The notes beneath the pieces were generated by a model. It saw only the letters and a program-made list of their open reading frames with translations. It was not told the origin of the DNA and did no database searches. The position numbers and the translations under genes were made by a program. A stretch of 62,994 bases of DNA, filler included, from Atractiella rhizophila (Eukaryota): assembly GCA_021432655.1 (NCBI GenBank). It is 3 parts of 2 records of this genome, joined end to end, with 100 filler letters (N's around TTAATTAATTAA, not from the genome) between each part and the next. Parts side by side here need not be neighbours in the genome. Positions count along the whole stretch, not along the records: positions 38,696 to 62,994 come from MU271604.1; 2 more parts are not named here. One strand, 5' to 3'. Below, piece after piece: positions 62,398 to 62,994 of this stretch (position 1 is the stretch's first letter; each line of letters begins with the position of its first letter).

Positions 62398-62994
62398 GGC
62401 TGCTGGGGAGAAAGAAATTGATCGAAGCCTTTCTCCTTTAGTACGGCAAGAGTGTGATTTGCGGACATTGAAGGCTAATCCATCTGTGGAAACACAGTCC
62501 GCTTCAAATGTAGCTGCTCCAAGGGTCCATGCCAACCATTCAAGCACGGGAGAGGGCGAGGAAAGTGGGCGTGAAGCGGGGGCATGACGGTCGCCCGTCG
62601 TCGAAGAAGCGGTGGATGTCAGACGATAGTCTGAAGATTCGTAAGCAAGGCGGAGCTGTCATTACCGTCAACGATCTCGGGATGCAAGTTCTCCCTACGA
62701 CGGTCGTAGTAGACACCAAAAAGAAGAGAAAAGCGAGACGAAGAGGTTTGATGGGGTTTCCAGTAAAAAGAGTAAGACGACCTCCAATATGGCCGTAATT
62801 TTCTAACAGTGGTTTCTCAGGTTCGGACAACACGACACTTCGTTCATCTAGATCCAATACCTCATGCTGAGCGGCCGGAATTTCCGTACGACCTCACTGC
62901 TCACATCATACCTGCTCCTGCTCCACCTCGGAACGAATTGACCAGCGAGAATGTCTTCGAACTGAAAGAGGGCACTTGGGACCATACACCATCA

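Overview
This is an intron-rich fungal genomic window. Short 45-60 bp GT-AG introns and the protein sequences suggest a basidiomycete (inference). It comes from a gapped draft assembly: two 100-bp N spacers containing a TTAATTAATTAA linker and one 25-N gap. Housekeeping-type genes: VAC8, an M19 membrane dipeptidase, an equilibrative nucleoside transporter, a fasciclin protein, an ABC1/ADCK kinase, an NmrA-like protein, cytosolic TyrRS, a Caj1/Djp1-type DnaJ, a p24 cargo receptor, an EFM7/NNT1-type methyltransferase, C2H2 zinc-finger genes and mitochondrial EF-G. Three near-identical tandem segment pairs look like uncollapsed haplotypes. Main points of interest: (1) a 63-bp insertion made of two 31-bp TG...CA units with a 5-bp target-site duplication, which frameshifts one dipeptidase copy while the other copy has the empty site; (2) an arsenic-detoxification cluster (arsenite methyltransferase, ACR3, Cys-rich atypical bZIP) with a TTACGTAA Yap-type site upstream of ACR3; (3) a ~5.5-kb segment bounded by inverted repeats and carrying decayed intron-containing host-gene pieces (SHMT 3' end, MSS116-like helicase); (4) a spliced 49-aa secreted 8-Cys peptide missed by the ORF track; (5) two genes whose ATG appears split by an intron; (6) an in-frame TAA in the last exon of the ABC1 kinase. 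All exon structures were read by eye, and family assignments come from motif recognition, not database searches.
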